From contig FLMG01000988.1 of assembly GCA_900088475.1 (NCBI GenBank), positions 186,655-250,654 on the forward strand: 64,000 nucleotides of DNA. Reading direction: 5' to 3'. The notes beneath the pieces were generated by a model. The model did no database searches, had not been told where the DNA came from, and was given only the letters and a program-made list of their open reading frames with translations. The position numbers were made by a program, and so were the translations under genes. Origin of the DNA: Hyphochytrium catenoides (taxonomy: Eukaryota > Protista > Hyphochytriomycota). Positions 1 through 11,782 of the stretch are shown here, piece by piece. Every line of letters begins with the position of its first letter. Position 1 is the stretch's first letter.

Positions 1-41
1 AGAAACAGAGAAAGAGAGAGATATAGGGAGAAGGAAGACAC

Positions 42-148
42 CCTGGACAAAGACGACGACTGTGGAGCCTTGGAAAGAAGGTCTCAACAGATTCGAGCAG
101 GTCGTCGAGTTCTGTAACACTCTGCAGAACATCTTTTGTCTCCAACAT
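42..148 (-). CDS. possible first coding exon of a gene running off the left edge (MLETKDVLQSVTELDDLLESVETFFPRLHSRRLCP)
   Basis: ATG at 148, open frame to a GT donor at 41-40, then pyrimidine-rich intron-like sequence. No family recognised. Confidence 0.25.
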
Positions 149-1162
149 CACTCACAGCAGTGTTTGCTGGTCGCTGATGCACCGCGATGCGGTCCTGCGC
201 CCTGCGGCATACTCCAACATCCCAACCTCTCACTGAGAGGAGGACGCAAAAGGCGAGTAGTACAGGAAGGTTTGAGCGCAGGAAGCAACCGGTAGACAAT
301 ATTGGACGCCTCCAAGGAAGGATTGGCCCTTCCAAGTTGGGCTGACCGTTCAGCGCACAGGACCTTTCTGGTGGAGTTGCCTGTGGGCCGATGAAGCAGG
401 GGAAAGAGCTCTCGAGGACAAGGATACAAAGATACAGGGTGGAAAGAGGTTAAGATAATGCAGAGTAAATACCTCGATAAAGGAACTCCCGTGACAATCC
501 GTGCCACTACATGTATATATGTAACGTTGAGATTCAGCAAAGAGCCAACCCTTTCTCTTTTTTTGTGGAAACTGTGGCGACAGGAGCTAGATGACGTGGG
601 CCAGAGTAAGACTAGGCCAATCCCTAGTAGAGCTTTTACCGATGGACAGCTTTCCAAAGCGAAGTTAGCCTCGCCCCGGATGATTAATGGAAGCAACACG
701 CTTAAACGCCACACAAGGCTGTCAGAATGGGTTCTAGGAGTCAATGGCGGCGCGGCTATGGTGCTCGTAGCTCATCTAAACCGGAGGAATCGTGGCCGGA
801 AGTATCGTGGGTTGAGATGAGGCCATGGACGCACAGTATCTACGGTGGCCTATCACTTGGTCAAAACAATCCTATTTTTTCCCTGCCATATCCCATATTG
901 CCCTTCCTCAGCAGATTCTCTCTCTTCTCCTGGAATGGTGGTGGCAGAGGTTGAGAGAGGAAGAGGACAGTGTCACATGATGCGCATCATTGTACTTTTT
1001 GTGTGGCTCCTTTCCGCTAATGTACATTAGACTTCATGAGTCTCATAAACCCTGAGAGTCTAGGGCCAGGCCCCGATCTGTCCCCTCTCACTATGTGTAT
1101 GTCTTCGCTCACGCTGCCACGTCGTGCTCCACATTTTCTTTGCTCTCTGCTAACTAATTTTA

Positions 1163-1763
1163 CTATTCAATGATCAACTCGTCGATTGACCAATCTTCAA
1201 AGCTGCCATCAGGTAGATAGCGCCTAATAATCATTGGGATCTTTCTCTCCCGCAGCTCTTTCATCGCGATTTTCAGAGGGTCAGTCTCGCCGTCAATGTT
1301 AACCATTACTGGGGCATTCATACTATATGTACATCGAGAGAAAGTGTCAGTCTGGCCGCACATTGATGGACTAAGACTAGCAAGAGAGGATAGCTAGCAG
1401 TTGATAGGTTACTGAGAGACAAACCGGGAGGCAGTCCTAGATATTCTCAGCATAATGAAAAGGAGAACATACCTGATCTGAAGTGCTCTGGTCCCTAGTA
1501 CGCGGGCGCGCTCATACTTGGTCATATATTTCGTGGTTATCTTCTCCTTGGACAAGGCGGCAGCATCTGCTTCTGATGCATCAATGACGTCCATTTTCTC
1601 ACCCTCCATCTAATCCTTTCCTTTAGCTACAGGTATCATAAAAAGACACAAAACATCTTACCTCTCCTTCTCCATCTCCCATTTCGTCCTCGAACTCCTC
1701 CGGGTTTTCCTCCATCTCACCAAAGTCACCTACATCCTCCACCTCCTCGTAGTCGTCCTCCAT
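1163..1763 (-). CDS. RPB6: DNA-directed RNA polymerases I/II/III shared subunit RPB6 (RPABC2), 3 exons
   Basis: Exons 1763-1662 (acidic [10 protein letters not shown]...), 1609-1473 ([22 protein letters not shown]) and 1322-1163 (SMNAPVMV...[10 protein letters not shown]...[13 protein letters not shown]) join in frame across GT-AG introns. Confidence 0.97.
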
Positions 1764-2065
1764 GGCTTTACTCCGACGGTCCCGATCTCAGTTACAGTCA
1801 AAAGGTTATGTCTTCACGTTTACCGAGATCCTGCTAGGACCACGTATCCATTAACCCCACAGATAGAGCTCTGAGAATGCGTCTGCAAGCTCCACATCAA
1901 TTGGCAATAATCTCCGTCTCATCAACTCTCCAGTTGCTTTCTCCATCCTCCAACACCAACCGCCCAGAACCTCTCCAGGACCAAACGTTGCCCATGGGAA
2001 TTAGAAATTAGCCTCTCGTGCCCGTTACAATCGCTTCTTTATGTTTCTCAATTTCTGTTCACCAT

Positions 2066-2310
2066 ACTCTCTCCTCTAGCTCTCTCTCTCTCTCTCTCTC
2101 TCACTCTCTCTCTCTCTCCCTCTCTCACTCTCTCTCTCTCTCTCTCTTTCTTTCTTCGCTCCATCTCTCTCCCTCACAAACTCTCTCTCTCTCTTCTCTC
2201 TTACCCCCTCTCTCTCTTCTCTCTCTCATTTTCTCTCGCGTTACTCCACTCTCTGCCCTTTCTTTCCTCCCTCCTCGCTTCAACTCTCTTCTCTCCCTCT
2301 TCCAATCTCT
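2066..2310. repeat. (CT)n/(GA)n microsatellite in the divergent RPB6/JHY promoter
   Basis: Long imperfect ctctctct tract seen directly. Confidence 0.9.
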
Positions 2311-2773
2311 AGCATGGAGGGCAGGTGGCGCCATGGCCACGATCTCATATGTTCTCCTCACCTGTAGAACCATGTCTCCTGCTTTCTTGGCCCACCCAAG
2401 GGACAGCAGTCAAAGCAAGCTGTGAAGAGGTATCAGTCCTCTTCCATCTACTGGCAATATTGTCAAACCTGCTTGATCTCCTCGCCTTTCATCGCTTCAT
2501 TATCTGCGTTGGCACATCGGAACCCAGGACCCCCGACGCTTCTCCTGTCTCCATCTAGGAACAGGATACTATTCTATTCTCTGCTTGCCCTTAGTGTCAA
2601 AGAAGACTAGCAGAAGAAGAGAGATAGCTGAGTCTAAGAGAAGGCCATAGGGCTAACGGCCGGTCACAGAAAGCTCAGAGTCACGTTAGTTGAGTAAGAG
2701 AAGAGCGGACAGCGTGAAGAGAAGCGGCAAGAGGTACCAGGAGGCCAAAGGAGGACACACGCCACCCCCAAAC

Positions 2774-4855
2774 ATGAGTAACAAGGCGTTTCTCAGTCGC
2801 TTCCAGAACAAGATCAGCACTGTCTCAGCTCAGGGAAAGATAACTGGCAGCGGATCTAGCACAGCATATCCCTCTCCTTCTTCCTCCGTCCATGTTAACC
2901 AAGGCCCCGTCTCCTTCTTTCATACTTCTAGCCCTGGGGAAGAGGGACCTGCGAGGAGAGAGAGCCCGGGGGTAGGTGTGGAGACCTTTGCAGGCAGCAA
3001 GAAGTACGTGGTGCCCGAGTATGAGAGCGGTCTCTTCCTGAAGCCGGAGTTTATGGAAACTTCCACTAGGCAACCAGAGGTCACAGCGTCTCCTGTCAGT
3101 GGTAAGTCTGGCATCAGCTCATTCTCTTTCCTGATCGTTCTCTTCCATTCCACGGGACATTGCCCGTATCTGTCTCTGCTTAGTTTGGTCTTCTTATGTT
3201 CTCACCCTTGTCCTATCCACAGTTTCCTTGGGATTCCCTCTTCCTGAGGTGGTGTCTTCTCTCTGCTTCTCCCTTTCTGCTGTCTGTCTGTCTTTCTTTT
3301 AGTTTTCTGTGTCTTTCTCCCCCTATCTCTCTCCGTGTTGCTCTCGCTCTCTCTTCTTTCTCTTCGCCTCTCTCTCTCTGACTCCACTGCTCTGGCTGCT
3401 CGCCCTCCCTGTGTGTTGGATGAGCCTCAGTCCTCGTCTGCCTTTGTACACCTTCTGACGAAGATAGCTCGGCTTTCAACTCCCACTTGTCTAGGCACTT
3501 TAGCCTTCGAGCATTTAGATGAAAGCATCTCTGTTTTATATTCTCTTATGGCTAGATTTTCGTAGCTCTCATTCTCACTATTACCTTGACTGCCGTCGCT
3601 CTCCCGTCATAGCTGAGAAGAAGTCAAAGAAAAAGCTTAGCCTCAAAGATCTGCAAGATGCCTCCAACCCCTTTGTCTCGGAGGATCAGGGACCACCTTC
3701 AGTCCCATCGTCGGTGCCCAGCCAAGGCAGCAGCACCAGCAACCAAAGTGAAAGCTTTCCCTTAAAAAAAGCTATAAAAGAAGGTAAAGTACGATGGCCA
3801 CTTCCATCTAGCTCAATGTTGTTGGGATAGAGGTGACAGTCATTCCTCTCACTTTGAATGGAGTGTTCTCAATATCAATGTCGCGTTTCAGGGCTCTCTT
3901 CCTCTGTCTCTTTCTGCATTCTTGCTCCTCCTCTCTCGTTCTTGGGTTCTGATCCTTTGGCCCTCCCAGTCTGCTATGCCTCTCACTTGCAGCTGTAGCT
4001 GTTTGCCTCGTTGTTCCTTACATGAAGTTTGACATTCCTTCTGCACCGCCTGCTCCTTGATATCTGAAGATAAAGTACCTGAGTTCTAGGTCCAATAGCG
4101 CTCTATCTCCGCCCTTGGGACCACTCCATCTCTGTCGTAATAGCCCTCTAAGCTACCTTTCTTTGTCTCTCTCCCTTCTTCCACTTTCTTCTTCTTAAGC
4201 CTCAACCAAGAAGCAGGCCCCTAGCACTAAAACAAAGTCCAGATCGTCCCGTACGTCTCAAGTTCCTTCTTCCTCTCCAGGCGATAAAGCCCCTCGCAAC
4301 TCGGTAAACGAGTCCAAAGCCAAATCGCCAGAGGAACTTCTGATGTTCAGCAAGAAGCCTAGGGAGGTGAAGTATGAGCCAAAGACGTTAGAAGAGTACA
4401 AGAAGACTGTGACAGATAAGTACTACGAGCTGGGCAAGCTGCAGCCAGACCTGAACGCAGATGAGTTGGTGCAAAAGAGAGCCAACTTAGAGAGGATCAA
4501 GGAGTTCTCCAAGAACCTTAGAGATATTAACATCCAGAAAGCTGGTCAGCCCAAGAAGAAGCCGCTTGTAGAGATGAAGGATATAGAGAAAGAGAAGTCG
4601 AAGAGAGAGAAGGCGTTAGAGTTTGCGAAGAAGATTCCGAAGCCCAAGCCGGTGCCTAGAGATACTGAAGAACGAGAAGGAGAGGGGGAGTGCGTGACAA
4701 GTGTTCAGTCGGGGAGAAAGAGTTCGAGATCCCAGTCTCTAAAGGAGACGAGTCGCATTGAGCGAGAGCCCCAATCTTCAGAGTTGGAAGAGTTAGAGAT
4801 GCGGCATTTTCAGGCAAGAAAAAATGTGGAGGAGATTAGGAGACTTTTCGCCTGA
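2774..4855 (+). CDS. JHY-domain (DUF4591-like) cilia-associated protein, 3 exons
   Basis: Exons 2774-3101, 3613-3783 and 4200-4855 splice in frame. C-terminal motifs YEPKTLEEYK..YYELGKLQPDL..KEFSK, SKREKALEFAKKIPKPK and LEELEMRH match the JHY C-terminal signature. Confidence 0.75.
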
Positions 4856-5023
4856 AGGGGGAGAAAGGAAAGTGTATTTATAAATGAAATGTGTTAGCAA
4901 AAATGCCTAGGATAGACTCTGTCCTTGCAGGTCTTCAGGGGGTTTACTGCCCCCTGCTGTAGGGAGAAACATTCTCTCTGCCCTTGTTTATAACACTCCG
5001 AGCCTGCAAGCCTTATCCCAACT

Positions 5024-7095
5024 CTACCGGGGGGGCGATCTTTGGGGTATGGAACTTCTTTCTGCTACCAGCTCATCATCTCCTGACGCCAAGTCCTGGG
5101 CTCGAAAAGGGTCAACTAAGCTTCCTACCTCTGTGGGCTCTGTGCTGGCTATACAGGGAGAGAGTACCCTACGCCGGTGCCGTCTATCTGTGTCCACAGA
5201 GTCAGGGGGAGATGTCAGGATCTCCAACTTCTCCTCCTCCTCGTCTTCGTCATCCCCTTCGGTCCCTTCACTGCTAGTGGAGGAATCCGTGTGACGAAGG
5301 GCTGGGACCGACGAACCATCAGCGCCCGGACTCTCAGAAAGAAGCTTGTTAAGAAGAATCCTTTTTGATACTTTCTGCTGAAGAATTGCCCGCATTGATT
5401 TTGATGACCAGGCCGTCTGGTGCAACCTCTCGAACTCTCGAGACAAAATCACGCATTTGCTCTCTTCGTTGATGACTCCCCGACCATCTGAGATACGCCT
5501 CAGCACTCGAACTATCGTAGAATGTATGAGGGCCACGCTCCTATCTACGTTTGTGTTGTCTACGGTAGGGATGAGGTGACTCTGCGCCATCTTGCGTTGC
5601 ATCTTCTGAATGCAGTTGATGTTGTCGAAGTACTTAATGTACTTGTTACTCTTAGGGGACAACGTCATGTTCCTGGAACGAACTGCGAACCTCTCACGAT
5701 GTTTCTTCTCATTGCTGATGTGGATCAGGAAGGGAATGACGCAAGGGTGTCGCTTCATGATGTCTGTAACTACATCCATAGAGAGATGAACGCCTTCGAC
5801 TATAAGAGACTTATTTCTTTGCTCGAACGTAGTGAGGATATTCTCCAGTTTATCGAGCACTGGTCGGCTCTGGAGCATGTAGCCCTTCAGAATTCTTCTT
5901 TTGTGAAGTCGCTTCGCGGAAGGAGGCCCAAGGTTACCGCTAGATGACTCCATAACGTCATTATCGGTCACATATAACTCCCCTGCCTCGTAGGTGGAGA
6001 CGAAGAGGCATGGATTTCCCTCCTTAGATGTTACAGACCGCAGGGTGTGACGGATGGAATCGGTTGACAGGACATTCGTGATGCCAAGCCTTCCAGCCAG
6101 GATAGAAGCCAAGGTAGACTTTCCAGTGCCTGAAGTTCCTCCTAGTAAGATGATAAAGCTTCTGCGCTGTTCAAAGATATCGTTGGCAATGACAAAGTCC
6201 ATGATGTGGAACCGCCTGCTGTGCTCATAGAGAGCTAGGCCCTCTGAGACGAGGTCCATAAATTGATTAGCGGATAAGATGCTAACAAGGCGCTTGTTGG
6301 CTGACTGTCTGGGTTGTGGGTGGTTCGGCGAAGGTAGAGGCAGTGGATAGCGCTGTCTGGCCACCTGAAAGAGCCAGCCAGTTATGGCTGCTGCATACCC
6401 TGCACGGCAGCCAATGAAGCTGAATGCCGCTTGCGTCCTATACCTGATAATTGATCGTGTGTACCAAAGAGCGGATGCAAACATGGGCCCAAGGACAGAC
6501 AGAAAGAGGAACTAGTCAGAACGGTGGCCCTCGATAGTAGGAGCGAGGGTATGTGAGCCAAAGGAGTAAAGGGTCGGGTCAAGGAGTCACTCGGTGAACT
6601 ATAAATGCTGATCTTGACCTAGGATAGCAGATGACTCTGCAGTACATGAAGAAAATGAAAGAAGCTGTCCAATATGATGCTGCAGAGGTAGCGGTAGAGG
6701 ACGCACCTAGAAAACTGACGAACCTCGACTTCCCCATCCGTTGCTGACATAGCAATCTGTGTTAGCTTGAGGCAGCGAGAGAGGCACTCATTCCTACCCA
6801 TTTGACTCGTCTCATGGCCGCTATATACAGCTAAGAAGTCGGTGGGGTCAGGTTCTGATGTCATGAGTGAGCCAAGAGAGGAAGTTCCGGAGAGGTTTGA
6901 AGCTGGACCACCGTTACCGCTGGTGGGGCCAGTTTTCTTTCCTTCGGCGGCATCTTCTGATGATCTCGACCGTGGCCGTCTAGTAGATCGCTCTGGAGAA
7001 TGATATTGCAGCGAGGCCCTGGAGTGCAGGGTTCTTGAGTTAGTTCTCCGTGGCTGATCCAGCCAGAGATCATCAAGAGAAGGTTCTTTCTGCAT
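5024..7095 (-). CDS. P-loop NTPase, LPA1 / 2-phosphoglycerate kinase-like
   Basis: Walker A in IILLGGTSGTGKSTLASILAGRLGITNVLSTDSIRH, plus SLIVEGVHLS, KHRERFAVR and VDNTNVDRSV. Likely ATG at 7095 and one intron at about 6706-6444; the start is uncertain. Confidence 0.88.
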
Positions 7096-7749
7096 CGTCC
7101 AGGAGCCGCCAGGACTAACTCCTCCCACGGCAATTCCACTAGGTTAGCGCCTCATTCACAATGCTATCTTGAAAGTTTGAACCTTGGAGCAACGCAACTA
7201 TCCTCCCACTTCCCTATAAGGGTCTTTGAAGAGCAGCAGGTATAGCAAGGACCGCTCCTATAGCTTTAGAGGAGGATGACACATCAGAGAAGCCGAGACA
7301 GCATGCTCTCGAAGCTAAGAAGCCTACACGACCGCCAAGTGAAATAGTATACAGAAGCCAACGGTGCCTCTAATTGGCTCTGGCAAGCATTGAAGAAATT
7401 TGCGGGTTTATCGGCAACCTGCGCTTCTGTTTATCGCTTTTTCTTATGTTGGCAAGTTCAGAAGGAACGTGTCAGGACAATGCAGAGGCTTCGTCGTCTT
7501 TGAGCAGCATCGCTCAGAAAGGCCAAAAAATAATTCTCTAATTTGTGAGAACCTTTGTAAATTTGCCTTCAATTCCTCAACTCTGGAGCTTTTTTTGCCT
7601 CTCATCTTATCAAAACTGTGCGTAAATCTCCGGAAGAGGTCTCCGTTTCGGTGAAGCAAAGTTTAACCTTGACAACCTGTCAAAATCCTATTTTCACAAT
7701 ACATGAGGCCTGCAGCAACATAGTAAAGGCCCTACTTTAGAGCTTGTGG

Positions 7750-7780
7750 ATTTCCAAAACGAAAATTTGGAAATGCAAAA
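7750..7780 (-). terminator. Pol III T-run followed by a 9-bp hairpin downstream of tRNA-Leu
   Basis: TTTT on the minus strand at 7780-7777. Inverted repeat atttccaaa (7750-7758) / tttggaaat (7766-7774). Confidence 0.55.
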
Positions 7781-7784
7781 GGTT

Positions 7785-7865
7785 TACCAACAGCAGGGTT
7801 CGAACCTGCGCACGTCTCCGTAGCTGATCTTAAGTCAGCCCCCTTAACCACTCGGGCATGTTGGT
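7785..7865 (-). tRNA. tRNA-Leu (anticodon TAA)
   Basis: Reverse complement ACCAACA-TG-CCCGAGTGGTTAAGGG-G-GCTGA-CTTAAGA-TCAGC, long variable arm, GCAGG-TTCGAAC-CCTGC-TGTTGGT-A. A and B boxes are intact. Confidence 0.95.
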
Positions 7866-8323
7866 CGCAATGTTAGCGAAGATCGGACTGCCCTACTTTA
7901 TGAAGGTGATTGAGAGCTTGTGAGCTTCAGAAACTTCGTGTCTGTTGAGTTCATTGGCCGGTCACAGCGGCCGAAAAAGCAGCAGCAGCTTCCACTTCCG
8001 CTCGTGGCCGATGGCAGGGCATTGGTAGAGAATCAATTGCGGTCTGACTGTAGAGCTTGTTTAGATCCTCGGGCCTTGATACTCAGTCTAGACATTCTAG
8101 GGTCCCCACGCTTGTAGATCGTGTACTGGTCTGGTCTCTGGCTACATTCACAGGTGGTAGAGACTAGAGACCCTTTCCCGCTTCTTGTTAGAAGGGGCTT
8201 AGCAAAACTCCGCAGAACCTTTCTCTGCGATTCCCCTGGGATAAAGGCTCTTCTACTGCCCGTCGCAGCAGTAGATTGGAGCATGTAGTGCATGGTCGAC
8301 GGAGAGAAGCTGGTCGAAGTAGA

Positions 8324-8508
8324 AACCTACTGCTCCGATCGATCCTTTGACTGGGAGATAGAGCTCGCAAAGGCACCTGAAACCTACTGCTCCGATCGAT
8401 CCTTTGACTGAGAGATAGAGCTCGCAAAGGCAACTGATGTTGGCTTGCCGCATATTCTGAATTGGCGCAATCCTTTGACTGAGAGATAAAGCTCGCAAAG
8501 GCACCTGA
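8324..8508. repeat. three copies of a 39-bp partly palindromic repeat; the first two form a 57-bp tandem duplication
   Basis: atcctttgactg(a/g)gagata(g/a)agctcgcaaaggca(c/a)ctga at 8342-8380, 8399-8437 and 8470-8508, separated by 18 nt and 32 nt. Confidence 0.9.
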
Positions 8509-10125
8509 TGCTGACGGCAGAACGTAAAGTTTGTTTTAGATGCAGGGCTGAAAGACGTGACAACTAAGAACGGTTCCTCTGTACATGGCAGTCCAGTAAG
8601 CAGTATTATGTCCTCACTCAAATAGTAAATGGGAAAGTTAGAAACCAATCGCAAGACAGGCTTCAGCGTTGTCTGCTAATTCTTAGCGCGAAGGACTTCA
8701 GGACAGCCACAAACCTGATTCCTTTGTGCATGACTTTGAAACCTACACGTCTCTTGCTGTGATTCTATGACGTATTTTGAAGGCCTACGTAGAGACTGTC
8801 TGACATCTCAGATTTGATGCAAGAGTTAGCAATGCCTTTTTGTGGACTATCATGCATTTTTCCTCGCACCGCGGACAGTCTCTACTTACCCGTTCATACT
8901 ATCCTTACGCTACAGAGTCCAAAGTGAGAGATATGAGGTTTAGATGCCGTGCAAAAAGATATCCATATCTGTGCCTTTGTTTAAGTCGTTAATACTCGCA
9001 ACGCCTTTTTACGGAGCTACTGCCTTCATATCGGTTCGCGGAAAGGAGCTAATGCCAGTAATGCTAGATAGCGAGCTGCTGGCCAGCTAACTCCTCCTCG
9101 TCCTAACAGAACCTGCAAATCGGGCCCCAGCACCTAGCTAGTAGGGTCCTTTGGGAACCAAGGGATTTCATATTCCAGTTACAAGGCTCCCAAAGATAAT
9201 ATCCTGCCTATGCTGGAGGCGAACAAGAACAAAGACGAAGAACCTTACCTGTGAGTTTAGGAAGTGGAAGGCCAAAGTGAATAGCGTTCGTGAGACAGTG
9301 CAAAACGAGGAGCACCTCTAGGAGAGAAAATCCACGGCAGATCAGGAGAAGGAAAGAAGTCCTGGAGGCCAAGGTCGCTAGAGCAACGCTGAAGATTGAG
9401 GAGGGAGGCGGGCAATGGCGAAAAGAACCTCCTCGAGCTGGCACCAGAAAACAAGAAGAGGACGAAGTGCAACCATGACGACCATGATGTCAAGGACACA
9501 AGAGCCAACCAGCTTAGAGGAAACTGAAGAAGAAGAGACAACGGTTGAAAGCAAGAGAACACAACTTCCTTTTTAGTTTAATGAACGCACTGCTTTAGCC
9601 TCCTCTCTTAGCTTCCAGTGGTGGGAACCATTCATTCCTTACATGATGGGCTCGTATTGAGTGGGTTCTTCAGTAAGTGGTTGATACGGAGGTAGTGTCT
9701 TCACGTGGCTGAGTGTATTTAAAGAAGAGCGATATACATTTGGCTGGAGCGGTCGAACGTGAAGTTCGTCGTCTATCATTTCGACGTCTAACGGGGCTAT
9801 CGCTTAGGCTACTAGGATACCGATGAGCGCGCTGAGGACTCGGGTCTTTCCTAATTTGGGCATCAAATCACCAGCCGAACCGGAGAAAGTGGGGTTGTGC
9901 GGGGATAAATAATAACGCATCTCTTCTTCTGCTGTCAGGCATACATATCTAAAAATGAACAGGGAACAAGACATCTTGCTTTACTTTGACAAGGCAAGTG
10001 CTCGAGCGATTAACTCTCGTGAGATAGAACTTCACTACTAGCGTTAGCTAAGGAGGATATACGAGGCAGTTGCTTTCCAGAGCGGGAGGGAACAATGAGC
10101 GATAGATAAATAAACTACTTTGCTA

Positions 10126-11782
10126 TCAACAAACACTTTCATCGCCCTCTTGATCTATAGATGTCATGCTTGAATTGTTCTTCTGGCACGGTTGATGGCT
10201 TCTCATCTCTCCCAATTTCTCCAAAAACTCCTGTACAAATGCCTCGAGCTGCAACCAAGGGCTGATTAGAGCCTCTTCAGCTTCCCAAGCTCCAATAATG
10301 TTATGCGCATACCTCTGCCGAATTAGTGGCGTGGGTACACCTGTCCCTTAGCTCTCGTATGCCTGGTAAGCCTATGGTGTATGCTTTTATCGTCTTTCTG
10401 ATTGGAATCATGGACTTTTTGAATCCTGGGAGCAGCAGTAGTTCCTTTGTATATTGTTAGGACCAGAGCTTCAATAAAGCTTATGGAATATGACAATGAA
10501 GATAAGAACTCTTCACAATATTCAGAGATCTCAAAGAACCCCGGCAACCAGGTGAGTTCGAGCTAGGCGGGAAGATTGAAGAAGAAAGTAAGATGCAGAG
10601 AGGGTGTTGAAGGAGAGGAGTGAGCTACGTCCCGCTACCTCATACAGCCGATAATGTTCAACCATCGTCCTCAATCTTGCTGACGCATCTACCTCCAAGT
10701 TGCTTTGCACGCCTGTAAAGAGCCACGGGTTGCCAAAAATGGCGCGACCCTGCATGGCAGGTTGGTTATGCTCATCTTTGCATAGCCCTACGCGGCAGCC
10801 GCAACAGTCTTTAGCAGGAACTAAGACTCACCAGCATTATGCCATCGCAGCCGTAGTCCAGGGCCTTCTGCTTTGCGTCCTGCATGTTCTGCACATCCCC
10901 ATTACCCACCACCAAGGTGTTGGAGGTCTGGGACCGGATAAGGGCAGCCACCTCGCCTATCACGTCCCAGTGCGCGGGAACCAAAGAGAGCTCTTTCACC
11001 GTCCGCCTGCAGTATTAATGTCTCTTTAGCTCGGAAGCTACATTTGACTGACAGGAGAAGTTTCGAGCTAGCCCACCCATGGATAGTCAAAGCGGCAGGC
11101 TCCGTCTCCAGCAGGTGCAAGATCCAGTCCCTCGGTTCAACTTTATTAACACCAATTCGGGTCTTCACTGAGATTGGTAGATGCGGCGCAGCACGTCTAC
11201 ATGCCCAAACAATTTCCTTTTGAGGGGCACAAGGGCCTTGTTATGGGGACATGCCTCGACAATCCACTAAACCGTTCCTCCGGACTTACCTTTGCAACCT
11301 CTGGTGTCTTGATGAGGGCTCCACCAGCCCCTTGCTTGAGAACAGCCTTATCAGGACAGCCCATGTTGATGTCAATGCCGTCAAAGCCAAGCTCTGCACA
11401 GAGGAGGGAAGTCTAAGGGGATGGAATAAGCCTTCTGTCATCATTTGACAGGGTAATTGGTGCTGCTATTAGGACACCACTTTTTCAAGTGCAACGCACC
11501 GCTACCTACCTTATAAAATGTCTCAGGATTGGAGCCAAAGAGCTGTGCCACAATTGGTCTCTCTTGAGCACCAAAGAGGAGATCTGGCATGATGTTTTTA
11601 GCACTCTCACCTCCGCGACTCAGACCCTCACAGCTTACAAACTCCGTCCACATGACATCCGGCTTCCCTACTTTAGCCACCAGGGTGCGAAGAGCAACGT
11701 CTGTCACATCAGCCATCGGTGCCAAGCACATAAAAGGCTTGGGAAGGGTCCTCCAAAAGCCAATGGCCCCTTTCATGGTCAT
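10126..11782 (-). CDS. tRNA-dihydrouridine synthase (bacterial-type Dus), multi-exon
   Basis: Motifs [32 protein letters not shown] (catalytic Cys), [36 protein letters not shown]. Last exon LEAFVQEF...ESVC ends at the stop 10128-10126. Confidence 0.92.

Noticed and set aside
2018-2425. Ser/Leu-rich and Glu/Arg-rich ORFs (also at 13723-14280, 33268-33645 and 40694-41233)
   Set aside because: These are translations of GA/CT microsatellites.
8324-8508. Bona fide CRISPR array
   Set aside because: Only three repeats, unequal spacers (one duplicated), no cas genes and a eukaryotic context. Kept only as a repeat and a lead.
9001-9015. U5 snRNA loop-like gccttttt
   Set aside because: It has an extra T, and no closing stem or Sm site is evident.
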